A stretch of DNA of 64,000 nt from Selaginella moellendorffii (Eukaryota > Plantae > Lycopodiophyta). Both the position numbers and the translations under genes were made by a program. The stretch covers positions 3,902,443 to 3,966,442 of the forward strand of contig NW_003314265.1 of the NCBI RefSeq assembly GCF_000143415.4. The letters are read 5' to 3'. The notes below the pieces were generated by a model. It was not told where the DNA came from, did not search any database, and saw only the letters and a list, made by a program, of their open reading frames with translations. This document shows positions 27,806-43,613 of this stretch, piece after piece (the stretch's first letter is position 1; the number at the start of each line of letters is the position of its first letter).

Positions 27806-28864
27806 ATGTTATACCACAGCATTGCAACTCTCTTGATGTTACTTCTGTTACAGGTTACTCGTGTTAAATCACCCCCACCTCACCCATACCAACTTCAGCC
27901 TTTTACAATCTTTCGTAGAAATCTCCATACATTATCATTGTCACAGTTTCGAACTAGTATGCGACAGCTTGTTGAGCATATTAATCGTGTATACAGTGGC
28001 AATCCTCATATTTCAGTAAGAGGGTCAATTTTAGATTTGTGGTTTGGTAACACCAGGGTGAGTTTCTATTTGTATGTGAATGCCCCTTTAGTTGTAAATA
28101 ATCAGTATATAATCTGTGTTACTGATCCCTTAATCCTGGTAAATTTTCATCCCACACACGTACAGAACTCATTCATTCGAATTGCTGCACGGATTTCTGT
28201 GGATGCCGCTATCGATACAACTAGATTGACATTTCATGGAGGCATACGCACTGAGTTTTTGAACTTTGCAATCAGCTATCAGGTTAATGTCTACAATAAT
28301 CGTAGTTTGTATGCCATGAATTCATCAGTGATAAATGGTAGCACTTCATATGCAAGAATTTCACCTATGATTGCTTATGTAAAAAATTCATCAGTGATTG
28401 ATGGTCGCAATGTATATGCAAAGGGCTCGTCAATGATTGTTACGCATAAAAGTGATAGTGATCAAGGGAGCTGCTGGAGCTTTGAAAACTCTCTTATATG
28501 TAGCCAAGTCAAGGAACCTGGATCTTACCTTCTACAAGGAAATGGTATCAGTTCATTGAATGGGCTTTACAGGTTGATTTTGCGTATGGACTGTAAATTA
28601 GCCTTAATGACAAAGAGGAAGTATCAGGAAATTTGGGTAAGCAAACATAATTATCATCCTTCTGATGGATGCTATGCTATACAACAACATGATGGAAACT
28701 TGGTTATTAAGGACATCGATGGGAATGTTTTTTGGGCAGCTGGAGTGTATTGTAAGCCCCAACCAAATTGCATTATGCCCACTAGTGTTGTTGTTAGAGG
28801 AGAGGGAAATGTTTTCATCTATAACTTGGATACTTGTGAGATCTGGTGGCAAGCACTAAGTTGA
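27806..28864 (+). CDS. Intronless secreted protein with a C-terminal bulb-type (GNA/B) lectin domain
   Basis: Hydrophobic N-terminus. SSLNGLYRLILRMDCKL...IW, QQHDGNLVIKD...VFW and GEGNVFIY...IWW resemble QxDxNxVxY-type repeats. Confidence 0.8.
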   Translation: MLYHSIATLLMLLLLQVTRVKSPPPHPYQLQPFTIFRRNLHTLSLSQFRTSMRQLVEHINRVYSGNPHISVRGSILDLWFGNTRVSFYLYVNAPLVVNNQYIICVTDPLILVNFHPTHVQNSFIRIAARISVDAAIDTTRLTFHGGIRTEFLNFAISYQVNVYNNRSLYAMNSSVINGSTSYARISPMIAYVKNSSVIDGRNVYAKGSSMIVTHKSDSDQGSCWSFENSLICSQVKEPGSYLLQGNGISSLNGLYRLILRMDCKLALMTKRKYQEIWVSKHNYHPSDGCYAIQQHDGNLVIKDIDGNVFWAAGVYCKPQPNCIMPTSVVVRGEGNVFIYNLDTCEIWWQALS

Positions 28865-30071
28865 ATTACAGTGAAGAGGCTAGGTATTGATGTTTAACTT
28901 TTGCCACCATATGTATAATAAGATTAATGCCTCTAAAGGTATTGCATTGTTTGAATAGGATGAGAGACTTGAACCTCATTATTAAACTTCCTTGCAACGA
29001 GGCTCAGGAGCTGCATCTTACTTCACAAGATCCCAAGTCAAGGGGAGTGATTAATCTTTCACCCAAGACTATCGCTTAAGATCAAGCCACAAACCAACTC
29101 GCTAAGTCTGTTTGAGCTTCCACAATGCGATTGGCAAAGCAAAGCCTGCGTACATTATATAGAGAGCGGTAGGGAAAAAGTAAGAAATATAAAACCTACA
29201 AAAATTCACAAACTATCTTTTTCCTATTTTTTATACAGGAAATCAACATCAAAAAATACTGATTTTAACTATTAATTTGAGATCAAATTAAAGCCAAAAC
29301 TCAAATTTGAATGAGGTGCAAATAGCCGCACTACAAAACCTAAACCCTTTTACAGCTGGCAAAGCTCACAAACTTCTCTAGCAAGCTCGCCCTGCTTTTG
29401 GTGTGAAACTTTGCTCCAGCTCTAGATCGCAAGTCCAGGATGATCCACCGTCTTGTGAGGCCGAATGCCCAGTACAACATAAGCCAGAATGGAGCCCAAA
29501 GTAGAATCCCTGATCACAAACACGCTCCCATTGATCTAGCGCAACAACATTTTTCAAATTACAAGACAGCTTTACGCCAATGCCATCACAGCCATTGAAT
29601 CTCCACCACCCTTGACTAGGGAAACCATGTTTAATTTACAAAATTCTGGAAAGTAAACTCAAGGCAACAGAAAGAGCGTAAGTCATGCGCCTTTCTTGCT
29701 AGCACCCAGATCCCAAATAAGACAGTCCACAACAACTCTCACAATCCGCTAGCGATTGGGCCGAGCGATGGGGACGATGGGGCTCCGTCCCAATCGCGAT
29801 TTGAGCGGCCACCAAGACAGAGTGGATCACTCGGTGACTGGAACAACTGTAGGGCGCTGGTTAACGTCAACTCAAGACAAAAGTTTGGCGACCTTGTGCG
29901 CAAGATTGTTTTTCCCTTTAGTTTACAATTGCTCAGGCCAGCAGCGTAGCTCCAATCTGATTAAACAGTCCTCTTTGGGCCTGGATAAAAACGATAAGAG
30001 AAAAGAAGAACAAAAACATGGCGTTTGGAGTTCTTTCTTGCTGCAACAGCCATTGCCCTCATACAACTAAT

Positions 30072-30080
30072 AAACCCTAA
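30072..30080 (+). promoter_or_regulatory. Telo-box (AAACCCTAA) upstream of a ribosomal protein gene
   Basis: Exact motif 16 bp upstream of the ATG. Telo-boxes are typical of plant translation-machinery genes. Confidence 0.6.
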
Positions 30081-30096
30081 TTCTTGGTAAGAGAGA

Positions 30097-30667
30097 ATGG
30101 GGGGCGGGCGAGCGGAATGGATGAAGCGCATAGCGTCAATGCCGGCGCCACAGATGCCCGTGGAGAAGCTCAAGCGATGGGGCGAGGAGCTCAAGAAGGG
30201 CGTGTGGGGCTACTGGGAGGATCACCGCTGGAAGCCGCTGCAGATCAGCGCTCGCCAGAGGGCCAAGATCAAGAGGGAAGTGCTGCTCGCGGGAGGGTAA
30301 GATTTTCCCACATTTCTCTACTCTTTCTCAGTAGTTCTTTTGTTCTTCGCCCTTCCTTTTCCCCATTGGAACTTTTGCTCGTGTAGAGACTGGCCTTACG
30401 ATAAACCACGCAAGGAGATGAGGAACGTGATGAAGGGTCACAAGGGCGACAGGATCTCTGCCGAGAGGTTTGCATCAAACTCTTCCAAATGCTTTGCTTG
30501 ATTCGCGATTTCAGGAGGAAGACCACTGCCGAGATTATGCAGAGAATGCCCCAGATGGTCGCAGACTGCAGGGTAAGCTCCGCTACAATGTCAAAATCTT
30601 CCAATCTTTCGCTTGCTTGCAGAAAAGAGCCAGAGAAAGAAGGCAAGCCTCAGCGAAGAACAAGTAA
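30097..30667 (+). CDS. Mitochondrial ribosomal protein mL59 (MRPL25)-like, 4 exons
   Basis: Spliced product WKPLQISARQRAKIKREVLLAG.DWPYDKPRKEMRNVMKGHKGDRISAERRKTTAEIMQRMPQMVAD. Confidence 0.8.
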
Positions 30668-30733
30668 CAAAAGGGATTAGAAAAGGTTTACTTCCTTATA
30701 AATTACAAAGCTCTATTGGGTAGAAACCTAACA

Positions 30734-31324
30734 ATGGGCAAGCCAACTCTGGTGCTGGATCTCGATGGAACGCTGATTTGCGCTCGTAGGCTGAAAAACT
30801 CCTCAGGTATGGGAGCTGACATGGTAGTTGAGGGCTATGCCGTCTACAAGCGTCCGGGCCTTGACAAATTCCTGCGAGACATGGCAAAGCTGTATGAGAT
30901 TGTCATCTTTTCCTACAACTACGAGCCTTATGTGAATGGCATAGCGGACAAGCTGGATCCCACGGGAACTTTGATCTCCCAGAGGCTTAGCAGGGAATCG
31001 TGCCCTACCAGGAGCAAAGATCTGAGCGCCCAAGCATTCGGACGCGATTTAGCGAGGGTGGTGTGGCTTGATGACACTGAGACGGCTTTTGACAAGCAGC
31101 CGGGGAATGGGCTGGTGGTTCCCAATTTCATGGTTGAGATGAGCAATGGAAAGGACAGCTTGTTTGAGGATTTGCGGCCACACTTGGACGCCATTGTTGC
31201 CAACTGTGGAGAGGTGGATGTTCCATCTGCGCTCCAGAAGATTGGGAGAATTCAAGTTAGGAGTGCAAGTGGGAAACCTTGGGTTGTTCGTGTCAATCAA
31301 CGCCCAGAGAGAATAAATATTTAA
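30734..31324 (+). CDS. Intronless NIF/FCP1-family HAD phosphatase (SCP/TIM50-like)
   Basis: LVLDLDGTL (DxDxT), KRPGLDKFL, YEIVIFS, KDLS...GRDLARVVWLDD. Confidence 0.9.
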   Translation: MGKPTLVLDLDGTLICARRLKNSSGMGADMVVEGYAVYKRPGLDKFLRDMAKLYEIVIFSYNYEPYVNGIADKLDPTGTLISQRLSRESCPTRSKDLSAQAFGRDLARVVWLDDTETAFDKQPGNGLVVPNFMVEMSNGKDSLFEDLRPHLDAIVANCGEVDVPSALQKIGRIQVRSASGKPWVVRVNQRPERINI

Positions 31325-31694
31325 TTTTATTACCACATTTACTTTTTATTCTCTTTATAGCTATAAAATTCTGATTGATCAATTCGATTAATAAATAATA
31401 CTAAAACTATTAAGCAAACTAAATGCAGACAACAAATTATTTAAATTTAATATTCCATAACCAGTTATCTTATTCAAACCTCTATAATTTATAAACACAA
31501 GATTAATCAGAAGTGTTTAAGAAAGTTTATATTATAAATAAAAAATACAAGATTAATCTAAAAGAATAACAACCATTAGATGGTAGAATAAGGGTAATAA
31601 AATAGCCCTTAAGCAAACGAAAAGGCTTTAACCCAAATAGTTGTCCAGAAATCTCTAGAATTATGAAACTAAGAGGTGTAATTTGCCAATCAAA

Positions 31695-32475
31695 ATGTTA
31701 TACTCTGATGTATCAACTATTTGGTGTTACTTTTATTGTGGGTTGCTTGTCAACCCCCTCATACCATCTTCAACCTCTTACCATCTTTCGCATAAATCCA
31801 GTAGGAAGGCCAGTTTTAAATTTAGAGTTTAACAACGGCTGAAGTTCATTTTGTCCGTGAATGCGCCTTTAGTTATAAGCAATCAGTTTCTAATCTGTGA
31901 TCCTGACCCCTCTATCCCCTTCAATTTTCATCCCACATACGTACGGGACTCACTCACTGAAATTGTTGGACGAATTTCCGTGGATGCTGCCAGCAATTCG
32001 AATAGATTGACATTTTGTGGAGGCATATGTACTGAGTACTTGAACTTTGGAATTAGTTATCAGCTTGTTGTCAACAATCATAGCAGATTCTATGCAAGGA
32101 ACTCATTAGTGACTAATGGTAGGACTATATATGCAAGGAATTTATCTGTGATTGACAATCAGCTATATTTTAGGAATTCTTCAGTGATTGATGGAGCTTG
32201 TCAGTAATTGTTACTTCTATTGAAGCTTTCTCTCGCGCTGTTGGATTAGTCTTCTTTCTTCTTCAGAAACGTCCGACGCACGAAAGTGATGGTGATCTAC
32301 ATTCTGGCTGGGGCTCACAATACACTCCAGCTGCATTCCTATTCCTTAATAACCAAGTTTCCATCTTTTTGTATAGTGTGGCATCCATCTGAACGATGAT
32401 AATTGTGTTTAATTGTGTTTGCTCACCCAGATTTCCTGATGCTTACTCTTTTTCGTTAAAGCCAAGTTTGCACCA
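31695..32475 (+). pseudogene. Pseudogene copy of the 27806 lectin gene with the lectin segment inverted
   Basis: 31695-32215 matches the N-terminal half, with frameshifts. The reverse complement of ~32300-32472 matches ~28593-28770. Confidence 0.85.
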
Positions 32476-32748
32476 GCTATGAAATATACGTGCTGACCAT
32501 CTGTGCCACCATCCCTTACAGTTAGTTATCTGCATAAATGATCGCATAGCTTTTTTCAAAGCATCTTTACTTGTTTGTGAAAGCTTCTATTCTATCACAC
32601 ATTTTTTGTTTATTCGACTAATTTTTCTAGATATATTTCATGTAAAAAGTTGTCACACAAACAAATTCTTATTATTATTCCAAGTCTGAGCATTTATTTA
32701 GAGCGATCAGTTCCCATCCATTTTCATGCTCTCCACAGTCTCTACGAT

Positions 32749-33168
32749 CTAGAACCATGCTCCACGGATGAAGTCGAGAACCTCTGGAAAACAAAAGCAA
32801 TGAAGACGAAATCAAGACCAAGAAAGTTTATAGCTGGCTTTACCTCGATCATCGTCGTCGTTGTAGTAGCGGCGGCGCTCCTGATCGTCATCGTCATCGC
32901 CTCGCTGCTGCTGCTGCTGCTGGCAGTGCTGGAGGAGGTCGGCTCCAATGTCGCGAGGGCGGCAACCTTTGCTCTCCACGTACTGGCGCGCCACACTGCA
33001 GCACTGGGGCGAGGGACTGTCACGCGAGCACTGCTGCAGCTGCCCGCGCAGTTGGCGGCACTCCCGCTCGCGGCGGCGGTCGCGAGGGGAATCGTTCCAG
33101 TCGCGCATGGCCGCCGCGGCCACCACCATGAGCATCAAGACAGCAGCCACGAACTTGATCGACGCCAT
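32749..33168 (-). CDS. Small secreted Cys-rich prolamin-superfamily (2S albumin-like) protein, one intron
   Basis: Signal peptide; C-X9-C-X8-CC-X11-C-X12-C; Arg/Gln/Asp-rich. A phase-1 intron near the 3' end gives the C-terminus EVLDFIRGAWF*. Confidence 0.75.
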
Positions 33169-33481
33169 TTGGAGGAGTTAGAGAATCGAAACCAAAGAGA
33201 AAACAACAGAGCGAATGAGATGAAACTCGTGAGCTTGATGGAGGCTGGAGCGAGCGCGGTGAATTTATAGTGGGTTAACCGGAAGTTTGCATGGTAAAGT
33301 TCTTGGCCACATAGCTTACATGCGGACTAGAGTTACTGCAAAGTAAATAATCGCATGAAAGAAAAAGAGAAAAGTATTTGAGAGGAAACAATGACAATTC
33401 TGGCGTTAATGGATAAAATCAAGCACAAAGTTTCTCCTTTCTACCATAACGAGTTCTTTCTTCCAATGGAATCTTGAGAGC

Positions 33482-35815
33482 CTAGAAGAGAGACTCCATG
33501 ATCTCCGACTGGACTGTGATGAGAGCCGGCTCTTTGGAGCGAGCATCTCTCGCGGGATAAACCACCTCTTGTATTTGCTGCTGCTGCTGCTGCCTGGGCT
33601 GCAAGCTCTCCACGTCCTTGAGCTGATCGAGCTGATGAACAACGTAAGACATCCGAGGCCTCATAGACGCGACGTGCTGCGTGCAGCTGTAGATGAGATC
33701 CACGAGCATCTGGATGTGTGCGGGGGCGGGAATCGACGTGAGCGACGGATCGATGATCTCCTGCAGCTGCTGCGACTGAACCAGTGGCGTCGCCCACTCG
33801 AAGATGGTCTGCCAGTCCACCACGTCCACTGGCATGGCCGGCTTGCGGCCGCTGATGAGCTCCAGCATGAGCACGCCGAAGCTGTAGACGTCGCTCTTGG
33901 TGGTGAGCTCGTTGCGGTAGACGAACTCCGGGGCGAGGTAGCCGTGCGTCCCTGCCACCACCGTGCGCTCGTAGGCGGCCTCCCACGGCACGACGCTGGC
34001 CAGGCCCACTCCCATGACGCGGCCGTGGAACTTGTCGTCGAGGAGAATGCTGCTCGCCTTGATGTCCCTGTGGATGACGTGAGGCTTCACTTGGTCGTGC
34101 AAGTATCTGCCAGAGCGAAGTTCTTAGTGCCACACGGGAGAAAAAGGAATGAAGTAACGCAAGCATATTAGTGAAACCAGCCGGAGTTTTCTAGATGCCA
34201 AGCATGGCACGCTCAGCGGTTTGTACTGAAAAAAGAAATGAACAAAGATCAATCACCGAATCGGAAAAACACTCAAACCAGATGCTATAATACTCAAGCA
34301 AACCAAAGAATGACATTGAATCGTCAAAGAACGAATGCATATGATCCTACATGCCACGCTTGAATCGTAAAAAGAACGAAGAAAACGAGAAACTAACCAG
34401 GTTACTACTTACGCTATGCCTTGAGCAGCGGTGACCGCAATTTGCATCCTCGTTCTCCAGTCCAGCGTTCCTCTCCTGACGGGGTCGTGCAGCCAGAGGT
34501 CGAGCGGCCCATTCGCGATGTACTCGTAGGCTATGTATCGCTCGCCGTGATCGTAGCAGCATCCAATGACCGCCACCAGACTTGGATGCCGCAGCCGCGC
34601 TATCCGGTTCATCTCCGCTAGAAACTCTTTCCGACTTTGGAAGCTCGATCGTTCCAGCTTCTTGACAGCCACCAAAACGCCATCGGAGAGAATCCCCTTG
34701 AAAGTGCTACCCCGGAGCCTGTTCTCCATCCCAAAATTGTTGGTGGCGATCCTAAGCTCGTCCAGAGTAAATAGTCTGAGCGAGGAGAGCGGCACCATGG
34801 AAGACGACGGCGCTCTTCTCGATCTCCTCCTCCTCCTCTTCCTTCTATAGACTAGAAGCCAGATGACAATCGCTAATGCCGTGACAAGTATCAAACAGCT
34901 TACGGCTATAAGTACGATGAGGTACGCTTTGCGGTTTGTAGCTCGTATACATTCGCCCTCTAAAGCCAAGTCAAGAGAAATAAGTTTAGAGACAAGGAAT
35001 CGATACAAACTTGCCGAGTTACCTTTCGTAGCAAGAACACAGACGAATCTATGCCTGTCTCCACAGTTCTCACGTACAAGCCCGCGCATGCTTGACACAG
35101 ACAAGCAATATTCTCCCAAGTTAACGCAACCCGAGCTGGAGCAATTGCTGGAAGCGAAGGAAAAATTCCAGCGTACGTGACAGTCGCTCCACCTCCACAA
35201 AACTCCCCGGCTGGTGTTGGATATCACAGCCCCGACCCAGCACGGATCAAAGACACCGGTACAGTGGCCTTTGACAAACGCGACCTCGGCATCGGAAGTT
35301 ATAGAGGCCAGGTGACCACTCCTGTTCCGGCAACTCGTCTCGGATTCCTCCCAAGTGCTGCTCGCGTTGACGAGCATAAAGCATCGATCAGCCGGTCCTC
35401 GTAGCCATCCATCCGGACAAGTTGCTACAAACGCTAACAAACAAGAGGAGAGCTTTCAGTAGAGTGTGACTTGAAACTCAAAACAAAAGAGCTGATGTTA
35501 CTCACAGTTTTGCTTCTCCTCGAGAAGAGAAAGCCTGCTGCCTTGTCCACTGCTACTGCGCTGGTGTCGTCTCTGTCCCGTGGCAGAGACTATAATGCCA
35601 AAGGCAATGAAGAGCAAAACGATGCCCGCCCCGGCAGACACCACCAATGAGAGAAATATCCTCCTCCACCTTGTTCCTCTTTGCACTTCGTCCATGATTC
35701 TCGGGTCGCCATGATGGTGCTTTACGCACCAAGCTCCATCGCCACCACCATCCCGCTCTACTTGATCTTCGTCATTACCAGCAGCTTCTAGCAGTAGAGC
35801 CAGACTTCCCAGCAT
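33482..35815 (-). CDS. C-type lectin receptor-like kinase (start at 35815 or 35695)
   Basis: CPDGW...C...TWEESETSC...GHLASI C-type lectin, TM segment, VAVKKL, HRDIKASSILLD, GTHGYLAPEF, KSDVYSFG. Confidence 0.92.
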
Positions 35816-37057
35816 AGCCGAGAGAGATCCCAGGAGAGTGTAGTAACGTCGCCGCAGATCTTGCCTCTCTGGAGAAGATGGTAGTAGCAGCAGCAGCAGC
35901 AGTAAAACTTGGTGGCCTTCTTCTTGCCATTCGTCCACAAAGGCCGCTACTCAATCCCATTGAATCTCGCGGTAGTACTGCAGCAAGGAACTAACAGCGG
36001 GAGTAGCTCTGGCTACATTCATAAAGCAAGCCCCCAAGAGAAAGAAAAAAAGGAGAAAAAAGAAGAGGAAAGAATCCTGTGAGCCCCTGCCCTGCCTTTT
36101 ATTCTACCAGATGCCTCCAGCGCAAGCAAGCCCTATCTCCCTGTTCTTAATTCTTTTTCCCACAACTGTCCGGTACCTGGAGGACGATTTACCAATCTAG
36201 CCCGGGCCCTTGTGAATCTAGAGAGCGAGAATCAATGCCCGCAACCACAGCTCTCGGCGTCGCGATTCGCGAATGGGAAGATTACCTTGAGAAATGCGGA
36301 GAAACATGAAGATTATCTGGCGCCGCTACTGCGAATCGTGGAACTGGCATCTGCTGAGGCGGAAGAATCGTTTGCTGCTGCCGCCGCTGCTAGATTCCTC
36401 GCATTTGGCACCGAATCAGCTGAAACACGCGACTAAAAACAAGCGCACAGATCTGATAAACCCTAAACCTTAGACACATTCCCGCCCGGGAATCGCGCAT
36501 TCCGTTGCGGAAATCCCTGCCCGTTTTTACCCCCGGGTAAGGTATAAAAAGGCAAAACGCTACCTCATTGGAGGGTTCCATCCATCCATCCATCCAGCCA
36601 TTGATCCGAGCTCTAGCTCGTTTTAAAAGTTGACAACTTGATGTGGTAATAATTCCAGCCTTGGCCATTCAATGCCACGCTTCGAGGGCCGTGCGGAGCG
36701 CATTCATGGAGCCTGTCTTTCACTCTCAGGTTTTTACGTGTTGTTTTTGTTGCTTCTTTGATGCGATGCAAGCGATGGATGGAGGAAGGATTTCGATTGA
36801 TCTCCTCCAAATTAATCGCCCATCGTGATTCGTGGCGTGAAAATCCTTTGCTTCGTTGTTTGCTTCTCCGTAAAATAAGTTTTTTTGCTCGTGTATCAGC
36901 CAACCAGCCACAACTTTTATCCTCCAAATCAAAACTTTGCGTTCCTCAAACTTCTCTCGTCACAGCGCAAATCGTGATTGTACAAGAATGTATTCCCTTT
37001 ATTCCCTCCTCGCGACGTCTAGATTTCTGCAGTGGGCGATCGTGAGAAGAATGAATT

Positions 37058-37992
37058 TTAAACTATATGAGCTCGGCCGGACCTTTCGATGTGGTGCAGG
37101 ATTAAAAGCCTTGGTCCCGGTGGAATCTTCACGTCCCTGAGTGCACTGAAAGGCATATAAGAGATATGAGAGATATGAGCACAGAAACAAGAAATAATAG
37201 GCAGAGTAGCGACGGACCTGTCCGTGAGCAAGGGAAGAGTTTCATCGGTAAGATAGCCCTTCTTAAAGTTCTTCTCGTACTTTTCCAGTCCGAGTACTCG
37301 TAGCATGTTCTTGGATCGCAGGTATTGAATGTCATCTCCCGGAGGTTGGTAAAACTTTTGCGTCACCTGGAAAGAGGAATGGATGACAAACTCCCAATCG
37401 GCAGAATTTACAGACCTTGAACATCGCTGCTTGAATAAGCCCGAAAGATAAGCCAGTAGTGACAGCAGACGCCACTGGATTCTCGCCTCCCATGCCGCTC
37501 GCGATCGAAAGACACGCACCAGATCCAAATCCCGCCACCATACTGCCAGGAGAACAGGGAAACATTCGTATCAAGCTTATACAAAGAATCATCTAAAAGC
37601 TTACCTGGTCTGAGCATCCTCAACACCACCACGCAAGCGTTTCATGACGCAAGTCAGCCCAGAATTCACTCCAGACATGACGGCAAAATTCCGAGCTTGA
37701 GCCCAAGGTCCGCCAGCAAAAGCCTGAAAATTCTCTCGAAAAGTTTCCCTTCCAAATTCGCGACAAGATTGCATACCATCATCTGTGGATTCGTCTGCGG
37801 CAGCTGGTTGCCCATCGGTGGAGCGCCGGCGGCAGCATCCGCGGTCAATCGCCCCATGAGCCCCCCAATTGCACCGCCCTGCGCAGCGCCACCGGCTGTG
37901 ACGATTGCCACCTCCACGGGCGCCGATTGCTGCCTCAACCATTGCTTGAATCCCGCGTCCAGCTTCCCCAGGCGCTCCTGGACTGCCTCCAT
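37058..37992 (-). CDS. Tim17/22/23-family protein with C-terminal SAM domain (HP30/Tric-like)
   Basis: PVEVAIVTAGGAAQGGAIGGLMG, QARNFAVMSGVNSGLTCVMKRLRG, LGLEKYEKNFKKGYLTDETLPLLTD..LRDVKIPPGPRLLILHHI. Confidence 0.9.
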
Positions 37993-38611
37993 AGCCTCTA
38001 AAGAACCCTAAAAATGCAAGGAGATGAAAAAAGAATATCCTCCGCCTTAAACCCTCAAAATGGGACAATCCCCGCCGTCCGTTTCAAATGGAGGTAGAAT
38101 ATGCCGATACGCCCACAACGCAATCTTGGGATATCCCCAATTGCTCGAGTGTACTCTACTAAACGAACCAATGCCTATAAAAGAAATCTGGAAGGGAGAA
38201 ATTTTCACACTCAGAGCTAAACCTAAAATGGAGATGTCCATGGGAGAGATGGCTATGGCGAAGATCCATTTCCAAATGGACAGGTTTGCGGTGTATTGTT
38301 CCAGGAGGATGAAGAGCACGGGCCACAAGATCAGCGGCTATGATGTAAGTAACCTGAAAACCCAACGGCCGCGATTTGCTTGCATGTGTGTCTCTCATAA
38401 CCCGTGAAACGCTGCCACCTCACAATCCAATATATAGCGATGACGAGATCGTCGATCGCGCCCGTGCCACCGTTGGATTTGATTACCCCAACGGCCAAGG
38501 TTTATAATGGATGTTCTTCAGTTTTGTCATTCATCAATGGGAGAAACAGGGAGGGCTGACATGCCGGGCTCGGGAATCTAGGGTTCTTCAGGTATTTCGC
38601 GGGCGCATGAC

Positions 38612-41858
<3,247 letters not shown>

Positions 41859-43439
41859 GGAAAGGATGGCGTTCTCGCCTCGTCCTCGATTAGAGGTGTG
41901 GTTTTGGGTTTCAAAGTCATCTTTGGCATACAAACGAATGATTTCGTTCGCAGATCCGAATCAGCCGCAACACTGCACTTAGCCGACGCATCGTTGAGAA
42001 CTCCGAGGTTTATCACACAATCTCGCGAGACATTGTACCAGTTCACCACTTCTTTTCTCGCAGCCGTGACTCGAGACCAATGGTGGCAAGCCACCGCATT
42101 GTGCCTCCGAGTAAAATAAGCAAACGTTTTTTTTGGGCTTAAGTTAACATCACCGAGATCTGGGGCAACGAAGGTGCGATGTTGCCTCGCTAATAAGCTC
42201 CCTTTCATCGATCCGTGAGCTCTCTCGAGTGGCAAGCTTTAAAAAAGCATAAGAACAGGACAGCGATCCAAGGATCATCCGAGGAAAGATAGCAATGGAA
42301 GTGGTCCGAGTTCCTTGAACTCTTCTGGAAATAACGGCTGACAAGCTCTAGAACAAGCGGCACAAAACAAATCTATGACGAAGCGGAATGAAAGTTCCTA
42401 CGAGCTAGTTTTATACGAGTACGAGTAGTATACTGTACACGCCGCTAGCCACCAGCGGACAGGATCGTATGAGATTTGGCCCGTGCTTTCTTTCGCCTGG
42501 GATTTAAACAAAAGAGAGCGTTGGATGGTTCTCTCGCGCTTTGGTGGCTTGCATGTGGCGTGGAATGGAAACGCACCCCCTTGTGCGTACCATGTATGTG
42601 TGTGTGATATCATCACACAAAATGCACAGATCAAAGTGAAAGAGACATTGATTTTATTAGAAAAAAGATTCCTTTATGGAAGCTAGCGCAATGTAAAACC
42701 ATAACAAATATCATAGTATATCAGTGCGAAGGAAACAAACAACGCTAGCTATGATCGAGAGATGGGAATGAATGGTTTTATATCTTGACAACCTTGGCCA
42801 GGGAATGATGACGGGTTCTCTTTGGCAATTGCGCTTTGGGCGCTTTGGCTTTGTTTTGTCTTTGGAGGCCAGGCGTATGAATGCCCCGTATAAAATACGG
42901 CGCATCTCCAATGGGAGCTCTACACGTAACGCGGCATGCGATGCAGGGACAAAACGAAACAGGAGACACGATCGCTGGGTTGACAAAAGGATTAGTTAAA
43001 AATTATTTGATTAGTGAGCTAAGCTGATGGAAACAACAGCGTCGGCAGGCCACATGAACACAACGTCACGCGGCCGTATGGGCCGAAATGCTGATACGGA
43101 AGAGGTGGGTTGTGGCCCACTTGACGGAATCGTTGGACGGAATATTTGGTCTCCTCTCTCCCTCTCCGACGGCTATGGATATAAAAGGAGGCCTCCGGCC
43201 CCGTTCTGTTGGTCCATCGCAATCTTGCAACTTGCAAAAAAGTAGTGCGCTACGGTTCTTCGCTCCTCGCCGACAGCTTGTTTGATTGGTTTGCTCGGCG
43301 AATTATTTCGCTTGGCTCCCCATTTTCTGTGATTTTGAGCGGGGCGAGGTTAGATTTGATTTGGGAAGTGCAGTGATCCATCCATTCGCTCGCTATATAT
43401 ACTTGTAGCTCACAAGCAATTCGATCGTCGATAGAGATC

Positions 43440-43613
43440 ATGGGTCAGTGCCTCAACAAGCCGGGCCATGCCGTGAGGCGACTGGGCGAGTCGCGCTCGT
43501 CGAGCGGCGGCGGCGGCGGCTTGAAATGCGGCCGACTCTACTCGCTCTTGAAGGAGCAAAGGTCGAGGTTCTACATCTTCCGCCGCTGCATCGTCATGCT
43601 CGTCAAATCCTGA
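43440..43613 (+). CDS. DEVIL/ROTUNDIFOLIA-like (DVL/RTFL) small peptide, 57 aa (below the ORF-track cutoff)
   Basis: MGQC...LLKEQRSRFYIFRRCIVMLVKS* matches the RTF domain. TATA-like sequence at ~43180. Confidence 0.88.
   Translation: MGQCLNKPGHAVRRLGESRSSSGGGGGLKCGRLYSLLKEQRSRFYIFRRCIVMLVKS

Noticed and set aside
32650-33270. 206-aa plus-strand hydrophobic ORF
   Set aside because: Antisense shadow of the albumin-like gene
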